This document shows positions 8,023-19,163 of a DNA stretch of 33,535 bases, piece after piece. The position numbers and the translations under genes were made by a program. The notes below the pieces were generated by a model. It saw only the letters and a list, made by a program, of their open reading frames with translations, had not been told where the DNA came from and searched no databases. Within the stretch, counting starts at the first letter, position 1; every line of letters begins with the position of its first letter. Source of the DNA: Candidatus Velthaea sp. GTDB lineage: Bacteria; Vulcanimicrobiota; Vulcanimicrobiia; Vulcanimicrobiales; Vulcanimicrobiaceae. Location: NCBI GenBank assembly GCA_050012475.1, contig JBEKHC010000052.1, positions 1 to 33,535 of the forward strand, given 5' to 3'.

Positions 8023-8248
8023 CACCCATCCTGTCCTCGTGCGTCGGGCAAGGCCCGACACACTTCTGGCGCGATAAATCGACGACGCTTCCTCATTCCA
8101 GGCTGCTCGAATTAGCAGATCCGAGTTTCAGCAAATTCAAGATACGTCGCGGCATCACGCGAGCAGAGGAGCTGCCCCGATCGCGCCGTCCAAAAGCGTT
8201 CGCCCTACGAATGAGCATTCGCCGGAGTTCCCAGGTGTCCGGGCGCGC

Positions 8249-8701
8249 TCAAGCCAGCGTCTTGAGAACCTCGAGCGCCGCCGCGACGTGTTTTTGCGGT
8301 TCGAACATCGAGTTGAACACCGAACGCACGATGCCGGCGCGATCGATCACGTAGGTCACGCGTCCCGGCAGCAGTCCCAAGGCTTTGGGCACGCCGTACG
8401 CTTTTCGTAACGCACCGCCGGCATCGCTGACGAGCGGATACGGTAACCGATGCGCTTGCGCGAACGCCGCGTGCGACGCGGCGGAATCCGAACTGATGCC
8501 GACGACCTGCGCGCCGCTATCAGCAAATGCTGCATAGGCGTCGCGGAACGAACATGCTTCGGCGGTGCAGCCCGGCGTTTGGTCCTTCGGATAAAAGAAT
8601 GCGACAACCGGTCCGCGAGCCAGCAGATCGGCTAACGGCGCGGGCCCGCCATCCGGCTGCGGAACGTCGAATTGGGGCGCGCGGTCGCCGACGCCGATCA
8701 T
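8249..8701 (-). CDS. bcp: Peroxiredoxin, BCP/PrxQ type
   Basis: FFYPKDQTPGCTAEACSFRD (PxxxTxxC with a resolving Cys), RVTYVIDRAG. Confidence 0.93.
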   Translation of the reverse strand: MIGVGDRAPQFDVPQPDGGPAPLADLLARGPVVAFFYPKDQTPGCTAEACSFRDAYAAFADSGAQVVGISSDSAASHAAFAQAHRLPYPLVSDAGGALRKAYGVPKALGLLPGRVTYVIDRAGIVRSVFNSMFEPQKHVAAALEVLKTLA

Positions 8702-9759
8702 ACGAACTGCGCGAAGAACGCGTCGACGGCGCTATCCGCGACGCCGGCTCGGCGCGCGTCGGCCCGGACCTGCTCGAGCTGCGGCTGCGGCCGAACCACG
8801 AACATCGCTCCGCCGGAGCTCACGACGAGCGCTTCGGCCGCGGCCGGCACCACGATCGTCGCATACGGTGCGACGGCGGCGCGCACGCCGTCGGTTTCGA
8901 CGCTGAGCGGCGCTGCGAGCGCCGTCAGCGTGAACGGCACGCCGTGCGTCGGGATGCGCACCGGGGCAGTGCCATCCGCGTCGATTCGCTCGAGCGAAAA
9001 GCGCGCTGCACCGACGAGCAGCGACCGCTCGAGCCCCGGTTCGCGAAATATGAGCGGTGCTGCAGCGACCCGCGTGGTCGCGCGGAAGTCGAGCACGTCG
9101 GCGGCTTTCGCGACGTGAAGTTCGCGCGGCCGGCCGTCGGCGCCGACCCGGTTCCAATCAAAGATCCGATAGGTGAGATCGCTGGCCTGCTGGGCCTCGA
9201 AGAGTTGGATCCCGGCGCCGATCGCGTGCAGCGTGCCCGCCGGCAAGTAATAGGTTTCACCGGCGCGGGCCGGAACGCGCCGCAAGATTTCGCCCAGCGA
9301 TCCGTCGGCAACCCGGCGCTCGTACTCCGCGCGGCTGGTATCGCGGTTCCAGCCCAACACGAGGTGGGCGTCGGGTTGCGCCGCGAGGATGTGCCAGCAT
9401 TCCGTTTTTCCGTTGGCCTGGTGTTCGACGCGCTGCGCGTAGGCGTCGTCAGGATGGACCTGAACCGAAAGCGCTTCACGTGCGTCGATGATTTTCGTCA
9501 GCAGCGGAAAGCGCGCAGCACCGTCCAGCGGGCCCATGAGTTCGGCGCCCAACCGGTGCCGAACGTCGCCCAGCGTCCGCCCCGCAAACGGCCCATTCTC
9601 GACCCGGTTTTCGTCCCAGCATTCCCATGACTCGCCGATCGCCGCCTGCGGGTCGGCGTGCTTTCCGTAGCGCGCGACGAGCGCATCGCCGCCCCAGATC
9701 GCGGCTTTCTCCTGCGGCTCGAGCAGATACGGATAGAGCAGTTGTGTCGTCGCGGTCAT
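8698..9759 (-). CDS. manA: Mannose-6-phosphate isomerase, class I
   Basis: IWGG, IGESWE, FPLLTKIIDA, LSVQVHPDD, GKTECW, GTLHAIG, EAQQASDLTYR; ATGA overlap with bcp. Confidence 0.9.
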   Translation of the reverse strand: MTATTQLLYPYLLEPQEKAAIWGGDALVARYGKHADPQAAIGESWECWDENRVENGPFAGRTLGDVRHRLGAELMGPLDGAARFPLLTKIIDAREALSVQVHPDDAYAQRVEHQANGKTECWHILAAQPDAHLVLGWNRDTSRAEYERRVADGSLGEILRRVPARAGETYYLPAGTLHAIGAGIQLFEAQQASDLTYRIFDWNRVGADGRPRELHVAKAADVLDFRATTRVAAAPLIFREPGLERSLLVGAARFSLERIDADGTAPVRIPTHGVPFTLTALAAPLSVETDGVRAAVAPYATIVVPAAAEALVVSSGGAMFVVRPQPQLEQVRADARRAGVADSAVDAFFAQFV

Positions 9760-9820
9760 AGCGGCGCTACTTCTGCGCTGGACGGAAGATGCCTCAGGCG
9801 ACCGGCGTTGGGCAAGCGAA

Positions 9821-10021
9821 TCAGATCGACTCGCGCCCGATTCCCCCGTGAAGCTGCTGTTCCATTTGCTCTTTGCAGCCGGGATGGCCGCACTCGCAGC
9901 GCACATTAGCCGGGTCCCGCCCGTCGGGCGAGTCACAATACGGCGCGCATACGGCGGTCGCGATCGGAACCTCGCACAGGCACGCGAGATTATCGCACTT
10001 TTTGGTGTCGGTTGCGCTCAT
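9821..10021 (-). CDS. Bacterial metallothionein-like protein (SmtA/BmtA type)
   Basis: 66 aa with 8 Cys: C-x4-C-x-C...C-x3-C...CECGHPGC, resembling SmtA CACEPCLC...YCSEAC...CGHTGC. Confidence 0.75.
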   Translation of the reverse strand: MSATDTKKCDNLACLCEVPIATAVCAPYCDSPDGRDPANVRCECGHPGCKEQMEQQLHGGIGRESI

Positions 10022-10096
10022 GCTTGGTCGTTTACCCGCAAACTCCGGCGTTAAGCGGAATGCTTGCTCTCTCGTCCGTTTCCAAGAAGTACCAAA

Positions 10097-10575
10097 AGGA
10101 CCCTTGCTTGCTACAGTGGCCTACCGTCGAGGGGACGTATGCGCGACGGCGATACCGCGATCGCTGAAATGGCGGCGGCCTCAGGACTAGCCTTATTGCA
10201 CGGCCGGCTCGATGTCCGCCGCGCGACGACCACGGAGACCGGCGAGTTGATTCGTCACGCTATGGACAGAGGTACGACCCGGATCGTGCTTGGCATCGAC
10301 GGCAGCGCGACGACCGATGGCGGAGCAGGCGCGCTCGCCGCGCTCGGCGCGCGCTTCTTCGATCGGGACGCCGCTTTGCTTGCGCCGAACCCGCTCGACC
10401 TCGCCCGACTCGACCGCATCGATGTAGCGCACTTGACGACCGACTGGCGCTCACCCCAATCGAGATCGCTTGCGACGTCGATAACCCGCTGCTCGGGCCG
10501 GCGGGTGCGGCCGCGGTCTACGGTCCGCAAAAAAGGGGCATCCGCCGGCGACGTGGCCTTTCTCGACGCCTCAGT
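10097..10575 (+). pseudogene. Glycerate kinase (GlxK/GarK family) fragment with frameshifts
   Basis: [32 protein letters not shown] in one frame; [25 protein letters not shown] in a shifted frame (10435-10533); both termini missing. Confidence 0.85.
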
Positions 10576-10698
10576 TGAGAGCGACCGTGAACGAATAGGC
10601 CGCTGTTTGAGCATCGGCGCGCCGTGCCGAACGCAAGCGGTTTCAAAACGCGGGCGCCAAGCGCGATGCGACATCATCGGCCGCTCGTGATGCTCCGA

Positions 10699-11427
10699 TT
10701 AACAGTTCACGAACCCACCGTCGATTGGCAGGCTCACGCCGGTTATCATGGAGGCCCCGTTGCCTAACAGGAAAACGATCGGCGCGGCAATCTCATCCTC
10801 AGTGGCCCAGCGACCGAGAGGCATCTTCTCAAGATACGGTTTCCCGATGTCGGGACGTCCCCAATACGATGCGGACATCGCGGTCATCACAACGGTTGGA
10901 TTCACGCTGTTCACGCGAATCCCGTACTTGCCCAGCTCGAGCGCCGACACTCTGGTGATGTTGTCCAATGCCGCTTTGGATGACCCGTAGGAAATGTGAC
11001 CGGGAAGGGCCACCAGCCCTGCTTGGCTGGACACGTTCACGATCGAGCCGCCTTTCCCGATGCGAATCATCGTTCGAGACGCGTACTTCGTCACCAGCAG
11101 CGCGCCTCGCGCGTTGATGCTGATGACCTTATCGAACACGTCGATGTCGGTCTCCATGGGCGTCGCGATTTCACCACCAAAACCGCCGCAGTTGACGACT
11201 CCCCAGACATCGCAATTCTCGAGAGCAGCAGCGATGCTGGCCTCCGACTGAAGATCGAAGGTGAGCGTGCGACAATGCGTGTCACCAGCCAATGCCTCTA
11301 ATGCTCGCGCTGAGCGCCCCGCTGCGATCACCTCGGCGCCGGCTGCGACGAGCTGACGCACCGTCGCACCTCCGATGCCGCCGCTGGCGCCGGTAACGAG
11401 TACCGGGCGGCCTTCGAAACCCCACAT
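10699..11427 (-). CDS. Short-chain dehydrogenase/reductase, L-xylulose-reductase-like
   Basis: TGASGGIG, NVSSQA, YGSSK, IRVNSVNPTVVMT, MPLGRW. Confidence 0.9.
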   Translation of the reverse strand: MWGFEGRPVLVTGASGGIGGATVRQLVAAGAEVIAAGRSARALEALAGDTHCRTLTFDLQSEASIAAALENCDVWGVVNCGGFGGEIATPMETDIDVFDKVISINARGALLVTKYASRTMIRIGKGGSIVNVSSQAGLVALPGHISYGSSKAALDNITRVSALELGKYGIRVNSVNPTVVMTAMSASYWGRPDIGKPYLEKMPLGRWATEDEIAAPIVFLLGNGASMITGVSLPIDGGFVNC

Positions 11428-11754
11428 TCGGCAATCCCTTTCACGCACCGGGCGCAACAATCGGCGGCCTGCCAGCGCGCCGCCAACCACTGACGGAGCT
11501 TTTGCAATCGAACCAATATCGGCCTTCGCTAACTGCTCGCGCATTTATTCACCGGCCGACCGTTTCGCGTTCGCAGCGCAGACAGAATCGTCTCGCCGCC
11601 GATCTCCGTCCGACGGCGGCGCCGGCGTACGATTGCTTAGGGGATAGCCTGGCGGAACAGACCGGAACCGGTTGTTCTCCCGCAGAGCTCCGGAATGCCG
11701 CGGTCTCGTGCACGCCGAACATTCCGTGCGCCACGCGACATTTGGGAGGCCACG

Positions 11755-12450
11755 ATGTTTCGAGGGAAACGCGGTATCTCGCGACGGTTCTTTTTAGCCG
11801 GTACGGTAGCGAGTTGCGTGGCTGCCGAAGCGGCGGCGGCGCCGCCCAGCGCTCCCGCAGTTCAGCCCGCCGAAGCGCTCGCGCGCCTGACGGCCGGCAA
11901 CGCGCGCTTCGTATCAGGGAATCTCACCCACGGGAACATCGCCGTCGAACGGCGGCGCGCGTTTGCCGCCTATCAGGCGCCTTTTGCCAGCGTCCTCTCC
12001 TGTTCGGACTCGCGTGTCCCGCCCGAGCTGATCTTCGATCAAAACCTGGGCGACTTGTTCGTCATTCGCGTGGCGGGCAATTTCGCCGATGAGGTGGGGC
12101 TGGCGACGATCGAGTACGGCTACAGCGCGCTGCACGCGAAGCTCTTGGTCGTTCTGGGCCACGAAGGCTGCGGTGCGATTAAGGCAACGGTCGATGCGAT
12201 TAAAAGCGGCATCGTGTTACCGCCGCATCTCGACGCTCTGCAGCGCGGGATCACGCCGGGCATCGCATCGATCGCGAAAACCGGTACCTATGACGATTGC
12301 GTGATTGCAAACGTGCGCGCTCAGGTCGCGAAGCTCAGTGGTGCACGGCCGGTGCTCGCCCAGGCCGTTGCGAGCGCTGATCTGCGCGTCGTGGGGGCAG
12401 AGTACACGCTCCACAGCGGCAAGGTGCGGCTTTTGGATTCGCCGGTCTGA
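11755..12450 (+). CDS. Beta-class carbonic anhydrase with Tat signal
   Basis: GGGAGG RBS; SRRFFL twin-arginine motif; CSDSRV and GHEGCGA zinc ligands; RVAGN. Confidence 0.92.
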   Translation: MFRGKRGISRRFFLAGTVASCVAAEAAAAPPSAPAVQPAEALARLTAGNARFVSGNLTHGNIAVERRRAFAAYQAPFASVLSCSDSRVPPELIFDQNLGDLFVIRVAGNFADEVGLATIEYGYSALHAKLLVVLGHEGCGAIKATVDAIKSGIVLPPHLDALQRGITPGIASIAKTGTYDDCVIANVRAQVAKLSGARPVLAQAVASADLRVVGAEYTLHSGKVRLLDSPV

Positions 12451-12560
12451 TGCGCGCGCGCAAACGCAGTTCGTGGTGAAAGGCGATCGATCGCAGCGCT
12501 TGAAACTGGCACGATTCCCGTAAACGAACCTGTCGTCCGCATTATCGGAGGTTGCACCTC

Positions 12561-12896
12561 ATGCGTTATCTTCAAGCGACGATCCTCACCCTTGCCTTAT
12601 CCGCCACGCTGCCGGCCGCTGCCGCCGATCTCACGCCGAGCACCATCCTTTCAGATCCTTCGTCTTACGATGGTAAGAGCGTGAGCGTTGCCGGCACGGT
12701 CGCAAAATTCCAAACCTCGAAAACGCTGCTGGGCACGGTCGCCGCTTTCCAGCTGTGTGACGCCAAGTGCATCGTGGTGGTCGACGAGACGAACGCGACG
12801 CACAAAGACGGCGACGCGGTCACCGTGGCCGGAACGTTTCAAACGTCCTTCAAGGGCCCGAGGCGCTCGTTCAAAAACGTCGTTCTGATCAAGTAA
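12561..12896 (+). CDS. Exported small OB-fold-like protein
   Basis: GGAGG RBS, signal peptide ending PAAA; YDGKSVSVAGTV and DGDAVTVAGTF strands; CDAKC pair. Confidence 0.75.
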   Translation: MRYLQATILTLALSATLPAAAADLTPSTILSDPSSYDGKSVSVAGTVAKFQTSKTLLGTVAAFQLCDAKCIVVVDETNATHKDGDAVTVAGTFQTSFKGPRRSFKNVVLIK

Positions 12897-12911
12897 GCGC
12901 GAAATACTTAC

Positions 12912-13244
12912 TCAATTGGGCAGCCGGGTGAACGACCACGACGATTCGATCTGCACCTGCTTGTCGGCCACGGAGATGCCGTCGCTTTGCGTGCCGCGGA
13001 TCTGACGGATTTTCCCGTCCGTCAATTCCGCCGTTACCGTAAGCCGCATGTCATCCGGCAGCATGGTTACCGTCCCGGCGCCGGATTTCGTGCCCTTGGG
13101 CGTCCGCACCGATGTTGTGAACGCGAACGTTGCGCTCGCGTCGTCGGCGATGAGGCCCGCGGGAGCGGCTGCCGCATAGCCGCTGCAGGTGATCGCGCTC
13201 AACCCGCAAGCGAGTGCCGCAACGCGAGCGGTTGGCAGGTTCAT
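12912..13244 (-). CDS. Exported hypothetical beta-rich protein, last gene of the efflux operon
   Basis: GAGGAG RBS overlapping the OMF stop; signal-peptide-like N-terminus; Thr/Ser-rich strands. Confidence 0.65.
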   Translation of the reverse strand: MNLPTARVAALACGLSAITCSGYAAAAPAGLIADDASATFAFTTSVRTPKGTKSGAGTVTMLPDDMRLTVTAELTDGKIRQIRGTQSDGISVADKQVQIESSWSFTRLPN

Positions 13245-13255
13245 CGTTGGTCTCC

Positions 13256-14704
13256 TCACGAGTGCAGCGGAGTGGTATCGGGCTCGAATCCGCCGCCCAA
13301 GGCGAGATAGAGCTGCACGAGCGCGAGCCGTTCGTTCAAGAGTGCCGATTGGGTGTCGATCTGCGCCTGATATTCGCGTGTCTGCGCGTCGAGCACTTCG
13401 AGATACGACGTTTGCCCTTCGTTGTAGCGCAGGATCGCGAGCTGCGTCGACGCGACCGAGGCCGCGGTATCGGCTTGCTGCGTCTCCCGATGTTGGCGCT
13501 GCGTGCCGTACGTCGCGACCGCATTGGAGACGTCGCTCACCGCAGTCTGCACGGTTTGCAAATAGGTGAGAACGGCTTGCTGCTGCTGTGCTTGCGAGAG
13601 CCGCACGTGCGCCTGCAGGGCGCCCCCGCTGAAGATCGCTTGCGTAAGTTGCGGCAGCAGCGAAAAAACGCCCGTCGGCCCGTAGAAGACGCCGCTGCCG
13701 CCAAGACTCGCCAGCGCCTTGGCGAGATTCGGGAACGTGCCGGTCGACACTTGTCCGCCGACACCGGCCGAGGCGCCGATGGTAAACGACGGCAGCAATA
13801 ATTTGCGTGCGACGTCGATTTGCGCGTCGGCGGCGACGAGTGTGTCGTCGGCTTGGCGGATGTCAGGGCGGCGCGCGAGCAGTTCGCCCGGCACTCCCGT
13901 CGACGGCAGCGGCGGAAGCGCGACCTGATCCTCGAGCGGCAGACCACGGGCGATCGCGCGCGGGTAGTCGCCGGCGAGGATCGAGAGCGCATTTTCCGAT
14001 GTTGCGATGCTGCCGCGGACGAGCGGAATGTTTTGGGTCACTTGATACAGCGATTGCTCGGCCTGCAGCTGATCCTGCAACGACGATTCGCCGTACTTGA
14101 CGCGCAGCTTGACGAGCTCCAGGCTTTGCTCGCGATCCTTGGCCGCCCGCAGCGACAGATCGAGCACCGCATCGAGTTCACGCAGTTGAAAGTACGAGGT
14201 TGCGACTTGGCTGACGAGCGCCCAGCGGACGCTATCGTAGGCGGCTTGCGTCGCGAGCAGCTGCGCGCGCGCGGCCGCCGTCGCGCTCTTGAGCTTGCCG
14301 AACAGATCGAGGTCGTAACTTGCACCGGCCGAAAGCTGCGGCGCAAACGCTTGAGCGGGCGTCGATCCCGGCTTGTTTCCGACGTCGGCCTCGTATGGCG
14401 CTTGAATCGTCGCCGATGCCGCCGGCAGCTGATTGGCGTGGGTGACATTGAGGCTTTCGCGCGCCGCGACGACCGCTTCGTATGCAAGCTGCGCGTTATA
14501 GTTTTTGGCCAGTGACTGCGTGATGAGCTCGCGCAGCGCGGCATCGGCGTAGAAGCTGCGCCAGGGGATCGCTGCCAGCGACGGTCCGTCGCTTTCGCGA
14601 TCGCGGTACAGCGGTGGGAGGTGAGCGTCCGGCGGCGCCGTCGGCGTGTCGGGAATGCACGACGACAGGAGCGCCGCTGACAGCACGGCGGCGATCCGTT
14701 TCAC
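13256..14704 (-). CDS. Efflux outer-membrane factor, NodT/TolC-family lipoprotein
   Basis: GTG start overlapping the RND stop (GTGA); lipobox [40 protein letters not shown]. Confidence 0.92.
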   Translation of the reverse strand: MKRIAAVLSAALLSSCIPDTPTAPPDAHLPPLYRDRESDGPSLAAIPWRSFYADAALRELITQSLAKNYNAQLAYEAVVAARESLNVTHANQLPAASATIQAPYEADVGNKPGSTPAQAFAPQLSAGASYDLDLFGKLKSATAAARAQLLATQAAYDSVRWALVSQVATSYFQLRELDAVLDLSLRAAKDREQSLELVKLRVKYGESSLQDQLQAEQSLYQVTQNIPLVRGSIATSENALSILAGDYPRAIARGLPLEDQVALPPLPSTGVPGELLARRPDIRQADDTLVAADAQIDVARKLLLPSFTIGASAGVGGQVSTGTFPNLAKALASLGGSGVFYGPTGVFSLLPQLTQAIFSGGALQAHVRLSQAQQQQAVLTYLQTVQTAVSDVSNAVATYGTQRQHRETQQADTAASVASTQLAILRYNEGQTSYLEVLDAQTREYQAQIDTQSALLNERLALVQLYLALGGGFEPDTTPLHS

Positions 14705-17700
14705 ACGGTGCCCTCTTGCGGTGCCGCCGGCACGGCTCCGGCGATCGGAACCGCGTCGCCCCGCACGGCTGCGGCGCGGCGGGACGGCAAACGTTCGATC
14801 AGGCCCGCAATCAGCACGTAAAGCGAAGGGATGAAAAACACCCCGAGCATGGTCGCCGCCAACATTCCGCCGAACACCGCCGATCCCAGCGAGTGGCGCG
14901 AGGCCGCGCCGGCACCCGACGAGATCATGAGCGGAATGACGCCGATGATGAATGCGAACGACGTCATGAGGATCGGCCGGAAGCGAAGTTCGGCGGCCGC
15001 GCGTGCGGCATCGACGATCGGCAGCCCGTCGATCTCGTGCCGCTCGCGCGCGACCTCGACGATCAGGATCGCGTTCTTGGCGGCCAAACCGATGAGCATG
15101 ATCAGTCCGATCTGCACGTACACGTCGCTGGTCAGCTTCCAGAGCACGACCGACAGGAACGCACCGAATACGCCGAGCGGCACGCCCATGAGGACCGCGA
15201 GGGGCATGAGCGGGCTTTCGTACTGTGCGGCGAGCACGAGAAACACGAGCACGATCGAGAGCCCGAAAATGAGCGCCTGCGTGTTTCCGGCCTCGACTTC
15301 TTGATACGCCGTTCCGGCCCACTCGAAGGCGTAGCCGGGCGGAAGCGTTTCCTTCGCCACTGCCGCCATCGCCGCGATCGCCTGACCCGAGCTGTAACCG
15401 TTTTGCGCCGAGCCGGTGATCTCGGCTTCGCGCTGCGCGTTGAAACGCTGGATCTGATCGGGACCAACCGTCGAGCGCACCTTGACGAGCGTGGAAAGCG
15501 GAACCATGCTGCCGCTCGTGTTGCGCACTTCGATGGTGCCGATGTTCGCCGCCGTGGCGCGATAGGCGGCCTCGGCTTGGATCATCACTTTCCAGGTGCG
15601 ATCGTACAGCGTGAAGTTGTTGACGACCAGTCCGCCGAGATACGCCTGCAGGTTTTGAAAAATCTCGCTGACGTTGACGCCCAGCGATTTGGCTTTGTCG
15701 CGATTGACGTCGAGCTGCAGCTGCGGAACGTCGCTGCGCAGGCCATTGGTGACGCGGGCGAGTTCGGGGCGTTTGTTGGCCGTGTCGACGAGTTTCGCCG
15801 CGACGCGCGCGAGGTCGTCGATGCCCTGACCGGCGCGATCTTCGAGCTCGAAGCTGAAGCCGGCGGCGTTGCCCAGACCCGGAATCGTCGGCGGAATGAA
15901 CGGAAACGCAACCGCCTGCGGATAGCCGCTCAGCTTCGCGTAGGCGCGCAGCAGGATCGCGCGCAGTGCCGTTTCCTTCGACTTGCGATCTTCCCACGGT
16001 TCCAAGGTGACGACCAGACTCGATGCATCCGGCGTGACCGTGTTGCTGATGAGGTTGAAGCCGCCCAGGGTGATGACGTCTCGGACGCCGGGCAGCGCTT
16101 TCATGTCGCGCTGCATCTGATTCGTCACCGCGTCGTTTACGTCGAGCGCCGAACCCAACGGGAGTTGAATCGACACGAAGAACACGCCCTGATCTTCGTT
16201 CGGTACGAGGCTCGACGGCAATTTCGCGGCCATGAACCCGTCAGCTACGTAGAAGAGCAGCAGCACGCCAAGGACGAGCAGCGAACGCCGGACCAACAGC
16301 CCCAGGGTCCGCACGTAAGCAGACGTCGTGCGTGCGAAGCCGCCGTTGAAGCGATCGATGAACCAGCCGAAGGGACCCCACAGCCGCTTGCGTTTTCCGA
16401 GGAAAAGCGCGCACAGCGCGGGCGTCAACGTCAACGCGACGATCGCCGAGATGACGACCGACACCGACAGCGTGAGCGCGAACTGCCGGTAGAGCTGGCC
16501 GGTTATGCCGCCGACGAATGCCGACGGCAAAAAGACCGCGGTGAGCACAAGCGCGATCGCAATCACCGGGCTCGTCAATTCGCGCATCGCTTTCTCGGTC
16601 GCGTCCGGCGGCGATAGCCCGTCCTCGATGTGCTTCTCGACGGCTTCGACCACGACGATCGCATCGTCGACGACGATCCCGATCGCCAGCACCAAGCCGA
16701 ACAGTGTCAGGGTATTGATGCTGAACCCGAGCGGCACGAACACCGCGAAGGTTCCGATCAGCGACACCGGCACCGCCAACATCGGGATGAGCGACGTCTT
16801 GAGGCTGCCTAAGAACACGAACACGACGAGCACGACGAGCACGATCGCCTCGATCAGCGTCCGGATAACGTCCTTGATCGAATCGGTGACGAAGATCGTG
16901 CTGTCGTACGAGACTGCGTAGGCCATGCCGGGCGGGAAATCTTTGGCCAGTGATGCAAGCTGCGCGCGCACTCGTTTCGCGGTTGCGATGGCGTTGGCGT
17001 CGGGCGCCTGATACAGCAGAATGACCGTTGCGTTCTGGCCGTCGAGCCGGCCGACCGACGAATACGATTGCGCGCCGAGCTGGAGACGCGCGACGTCGCT
17101 CAAGCGCAGGATCGAACCATCGGGATTGGTGCGGACGACGATGTTGCCGAACTGCTGCGGCGAGGAAAGCTGTCCCGCCGCGTTCACCGTTAGCTGGAAT
17201 TCGTTGCCGGGCGCGGCCGGCGGGTTGCCGACTTGACCCGTTGGAATCTGCACGTTCTGGTCTTGAATCTGGTTCTGCAGATCGCTGGCCTGGAGGCCCA
17301 TGCGGGCGAGGCGATCGGGCCGAACCCACACGCGCATCGCGTAGTCACGTTGGCCGACGATGAGGTTGTCGCCGACGCCGTCAACCGCTGCAAGCCGGTC
17401 CACTAGATGGATCGATGCGTAGTTGCTCAAGTAGACCGGATCGTAGGCATTGCCGGGTGCGTAGAGCGTCGCGATCATCAGCAGTTGGGGCGACTTTTTC
17501 TTGACCGTGATGCCGTAGTTGACGACCGATGCCGGGAGGCTGCCCGTGGCCTGCTGCACGCGGTTCTGAACGTCGATCGCGGCCTTTTGTAAATCGGTGC
17601 CGACGGCGAAGGTGCAGTTGAGCGTGTAGACGCCTTGCGACGTACTCGTCGACTGCATGTAGATCATGTTGTCGGCGCCGTTGACTTGCTTTTCGATCGC

Positions 17701-17889
17701 AGTCGCGACCGACTGTTCGACGACCGTCGCGCTGGCGCCGACGTACGTGGCTTGAACTTGCACGAGCGGTGGCGAGATCGGCGGAAACTGCGCGATCGGC
17801 AGCGCTACGATCGCGAGTACGCCGAGCAGCACGATGACAACCGACAAAACGATCGCGAAGACGGGCCGGCGGATGAAAAACCGCGCCAC
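14701..17889 (-). CDS. RND efflux permease, HAE1/AcrB family
   Basis: [39 protein letters not shown] proton-relay motifs; 1062 aa. Confidence 0.96.
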   Translation of the reverse strand: MARFFIRRPVFAIVLSVVIVLLGVLAIVALPIAQFPPISPPLVQVQATYVGASATVVEQSVATAIEKQVNGADNMIYMQSTSTSQGVYTLNCTFAVGTDLQKAAIDVQNRVQQATGSLPASVVNYGITVKKKSPQLLMIATLYAPGNAYDPVYLSNYASIHLVDRLAAVDGVGDNLIVGQRDYAMRVWVRPDRLARMGLQASDLQNQIQDQNVQIPTGQVGNPPAAPGNEFQLTVNAAGQLSSPQQFGNIVVRTNPDGSILRLSDVARLQLGAQSYSSVGRLDGQNATVILLYQAPDANAIATAKRVRAQLASLAKDFPPGMAYAVSYDSTIFVTDSIKDVIRTLIEAIVLVVLVVFVFLGSLKTSLIPMLAVPVSLIGTFAVFVPLGFSINTLTLFGLVLAIGIVVDDAIVVVEAVEKHIEDGLSPPDATEKAMRELTSPVIAIALVLTAVFLPSAFVGGITGQLYRQFALTLSVSVVISAIVALTLTPALCALFLGKRKRLWGPFGWFIDRFNGGFARTTSAYVRTLGLLVRRSLLVLGVLLLFYVADGFMAAKLPSSLVPNEDQGVFFVSIQLPLGSALDVNDAVTNQMQRDMKALPGVRDVITLGGFNLISNTVTPDASSLVVTLEPWEDRKSKETALRAILLRAYAKLSGYPQAVAFPFIPPTIPGLGNAAGFSFELEDRAGQGIDDLARVAAKLVDTANKRPELARVTNGLRSDVPQLQLDVNRDKAKSLGVNVSEIFQNLQAYLGGLVVNNFTLYDRTWKVMIQAEAAYRATAANIGTIEVRNTSGSMVPLSTLVKVRSTVGPDQIQRFNAQREAEITGSAQNGYSSGQAIAAMAAVAKETLPPGYAFEWAGTAYQEVEAGNTQALIFGLSIVLVFLVLAAQYESPLMPLAVLMGVPLGVFGAFLSVVLWKLTSDVYVQIGLIMLIGLAAKNAILIVEVARERHEIDGLPIVDAARAAAELRFRPILMTSFAFIIGVIPLMISSGAGAASRHSLGSAVFGGMLAATMLGVFFIPSLYVLIAGLIERLPSRRAAAVRGDAVPIAGAVPAAPQEGTV

Positions 17890-17894
17890 TGCTC

Positions 17895-19163
17895 TTACCG
17901 TCCGGTCGCGCTCGTGCTCGCGATCGCGACTTTCGCACCGGGGCGCACGCGCTGCGTCCCGGCGACGACGACCCGTTCGCCGGCGCGCAAGCCGTCGCTC
18001 ACAACGTAGAACTTCTTGTATGGCGGTCCGAGCGTCACCGAGCGGAACTGCGCGACACCGTCGTCGCCCACCACATAGGCGCTCGTGGCGCCTTGCGATT
18101 GGACGATCGCGGCTTGCGGAACGAGCACCGCAGCGCGATCGACCGCGGTTGTGAGGAGCAAGCGCGCGAACTGGCCGGGCCGCAAGTTTGCCTTGGGATT
18201 TGGGAAGAGCGCTTGCACCGCAATCGTTCCGGTCTTCGGGTCCAGCGTACGGTTGACGGCGTACAGCCGGCCTGGTTGCGGATAGATGCTATTGTTCGCC
18301 AGCACGAGCTGCAAGGGCTGATCGCGCAGTGCGCGTTGACCGGGTTGGTGCCGGTCGTCGGCGAGCTTGATGTACGTGATCTCGTCGACTGAGAAGCTGA
18401 CCTTCATTGGATCGGCGGTCGAGATCGTCGCGAGCGTTTGATCGCCGGCGCCGCCGACCACGTTGTCGGCGTCGACGTTGAGAAAGCCGATGATGCCGGT
18501 GATCGGTGCCCGGATCGTCGTATAGCCAAGATTAAGCTGGGCGTCGGAGAGCTGCGATTTGGCGCTCAGAATCTCCGCGTTGGATTGCTCGATCCCGACC
18601 GACTGGTCGACCTTCGCGTTATTGAGCTGTGCAAGCGCACCGTCAAGCGCCGCTTTGGCCGAAGCTCGGCTGGTTAGCGCGTTGTCGAGGTCTTTCTCTG
18701 GAACGGCTTTTTTTGCAGCTAGGGGAGTCAGCCGCGACACGGTAAGATTCGCGCGTTGAAGGTCAGCGCGGTTCGAGTCGACGGCGGCTTGCGCTTGAAC
18801 CACCGGCTGCGTGTCGCGCGCTTTGCGCAGGTCGGCGTCAGACTTCATGACCGAGGCTTGCGCGGCTTGAACGGCCGCGACGTATTTGTCGCGTTGGAGC
18901 GTGAAGAGCAGCTGACCTTTATGGACCAGCGTTCCCTCTCGAAAATAAACGCGGTCGAGCGTGCCTTGGACGCGGGCGCGGACGTCGACCGACTGCAGTG
19001 CTATCGTCGATGCGACGAAATCGGCCTGGATCGGAACGGTAGCGCGCTGCACCGTAGCCATGGTGACCGGGACCGGCGGCGGAGACGGCGCGGGCTCCGT
19101 TCCGCGCGCACTGCTGCACGCCTCGAGGGCGAGCAGCGCCGCCACCGCTGCCTTCGCGCGCAT
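17895..19163 (-). CDS. RND membrane fusion protein (periplasmic adaptor)
   Basis: Lipobox [41 protein letters not shown]. Confidence 0.94.
   Translation of the reverse strand: MRAKAAVAALLALEACSSARGTEPAPSPPPVPVTMATVQRATVPIQADFVASTIALQSVDVRARVQGTLDRVYFREGTLVHKGQLLFTLQRDKYVAAVQAAQASVMKSDADLRKARDTQPVVQAQAAVDSNRADLQRANLTVSRLTPLAAKKAVPEKDLDNALTSRASAKAALDGALAQLNNAKVDQSVGIEQSNAEILSAKSQLSDAQLNLGYTTIRAPITGIIGFLNVDADNVVGGAGDQTLATISTADPMKVSFSVDEITYIKLADDRHQPGQRALRDQPLQLVLANNSIYPQPGRLYAVNRTLDPKTGTIAVQALFPNPKANLRPGQFARLLLTTAVDRAAVLVPQAAIVQSQGATSAYVVGDDGVAQFRSVTLGPPYKKFYVVSDGLRAGERVVVAGTQRVRPGAKVAIASTSATGR

Larger units (their letters stand above)
6656..8290. mobile_element. Integrase-less genomic islet inserted at the bcp 3' end (XRE + Uma2 cargo)
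   Basis: Bounded by 50-bp direct repeats 1585 bp apart; interior visibly more AT-rich with atypical codons; no recombinase ORF inside. Confidence 0.65.

Noticed and set aside
8023..8240. Integrase remnant inside the islet
   Set aside because: No recombinase motif was visible in the frames I translated; only a hairpin (GTCGGGC-AAG-GCCCGAC) and short ORFs.
11516..11547. Sigma28 promoter for the SDR gene (TAAA...GCCGATAT, minus strand)
   Set aside because: The spacer is 20 bp, too long.
12507..12521. Sigma54 promoter (TGGCAC) before the OB-fold gene
   Set aside because: The -12 element reads CCGT rather than TTGC.
14705..15997. 913-aa OMF with a long N-terminal extension
   Set aside because: The extension overlaps the RND gene out of frame; the real start is the GTG at 14704 before the lipoprotein signal.
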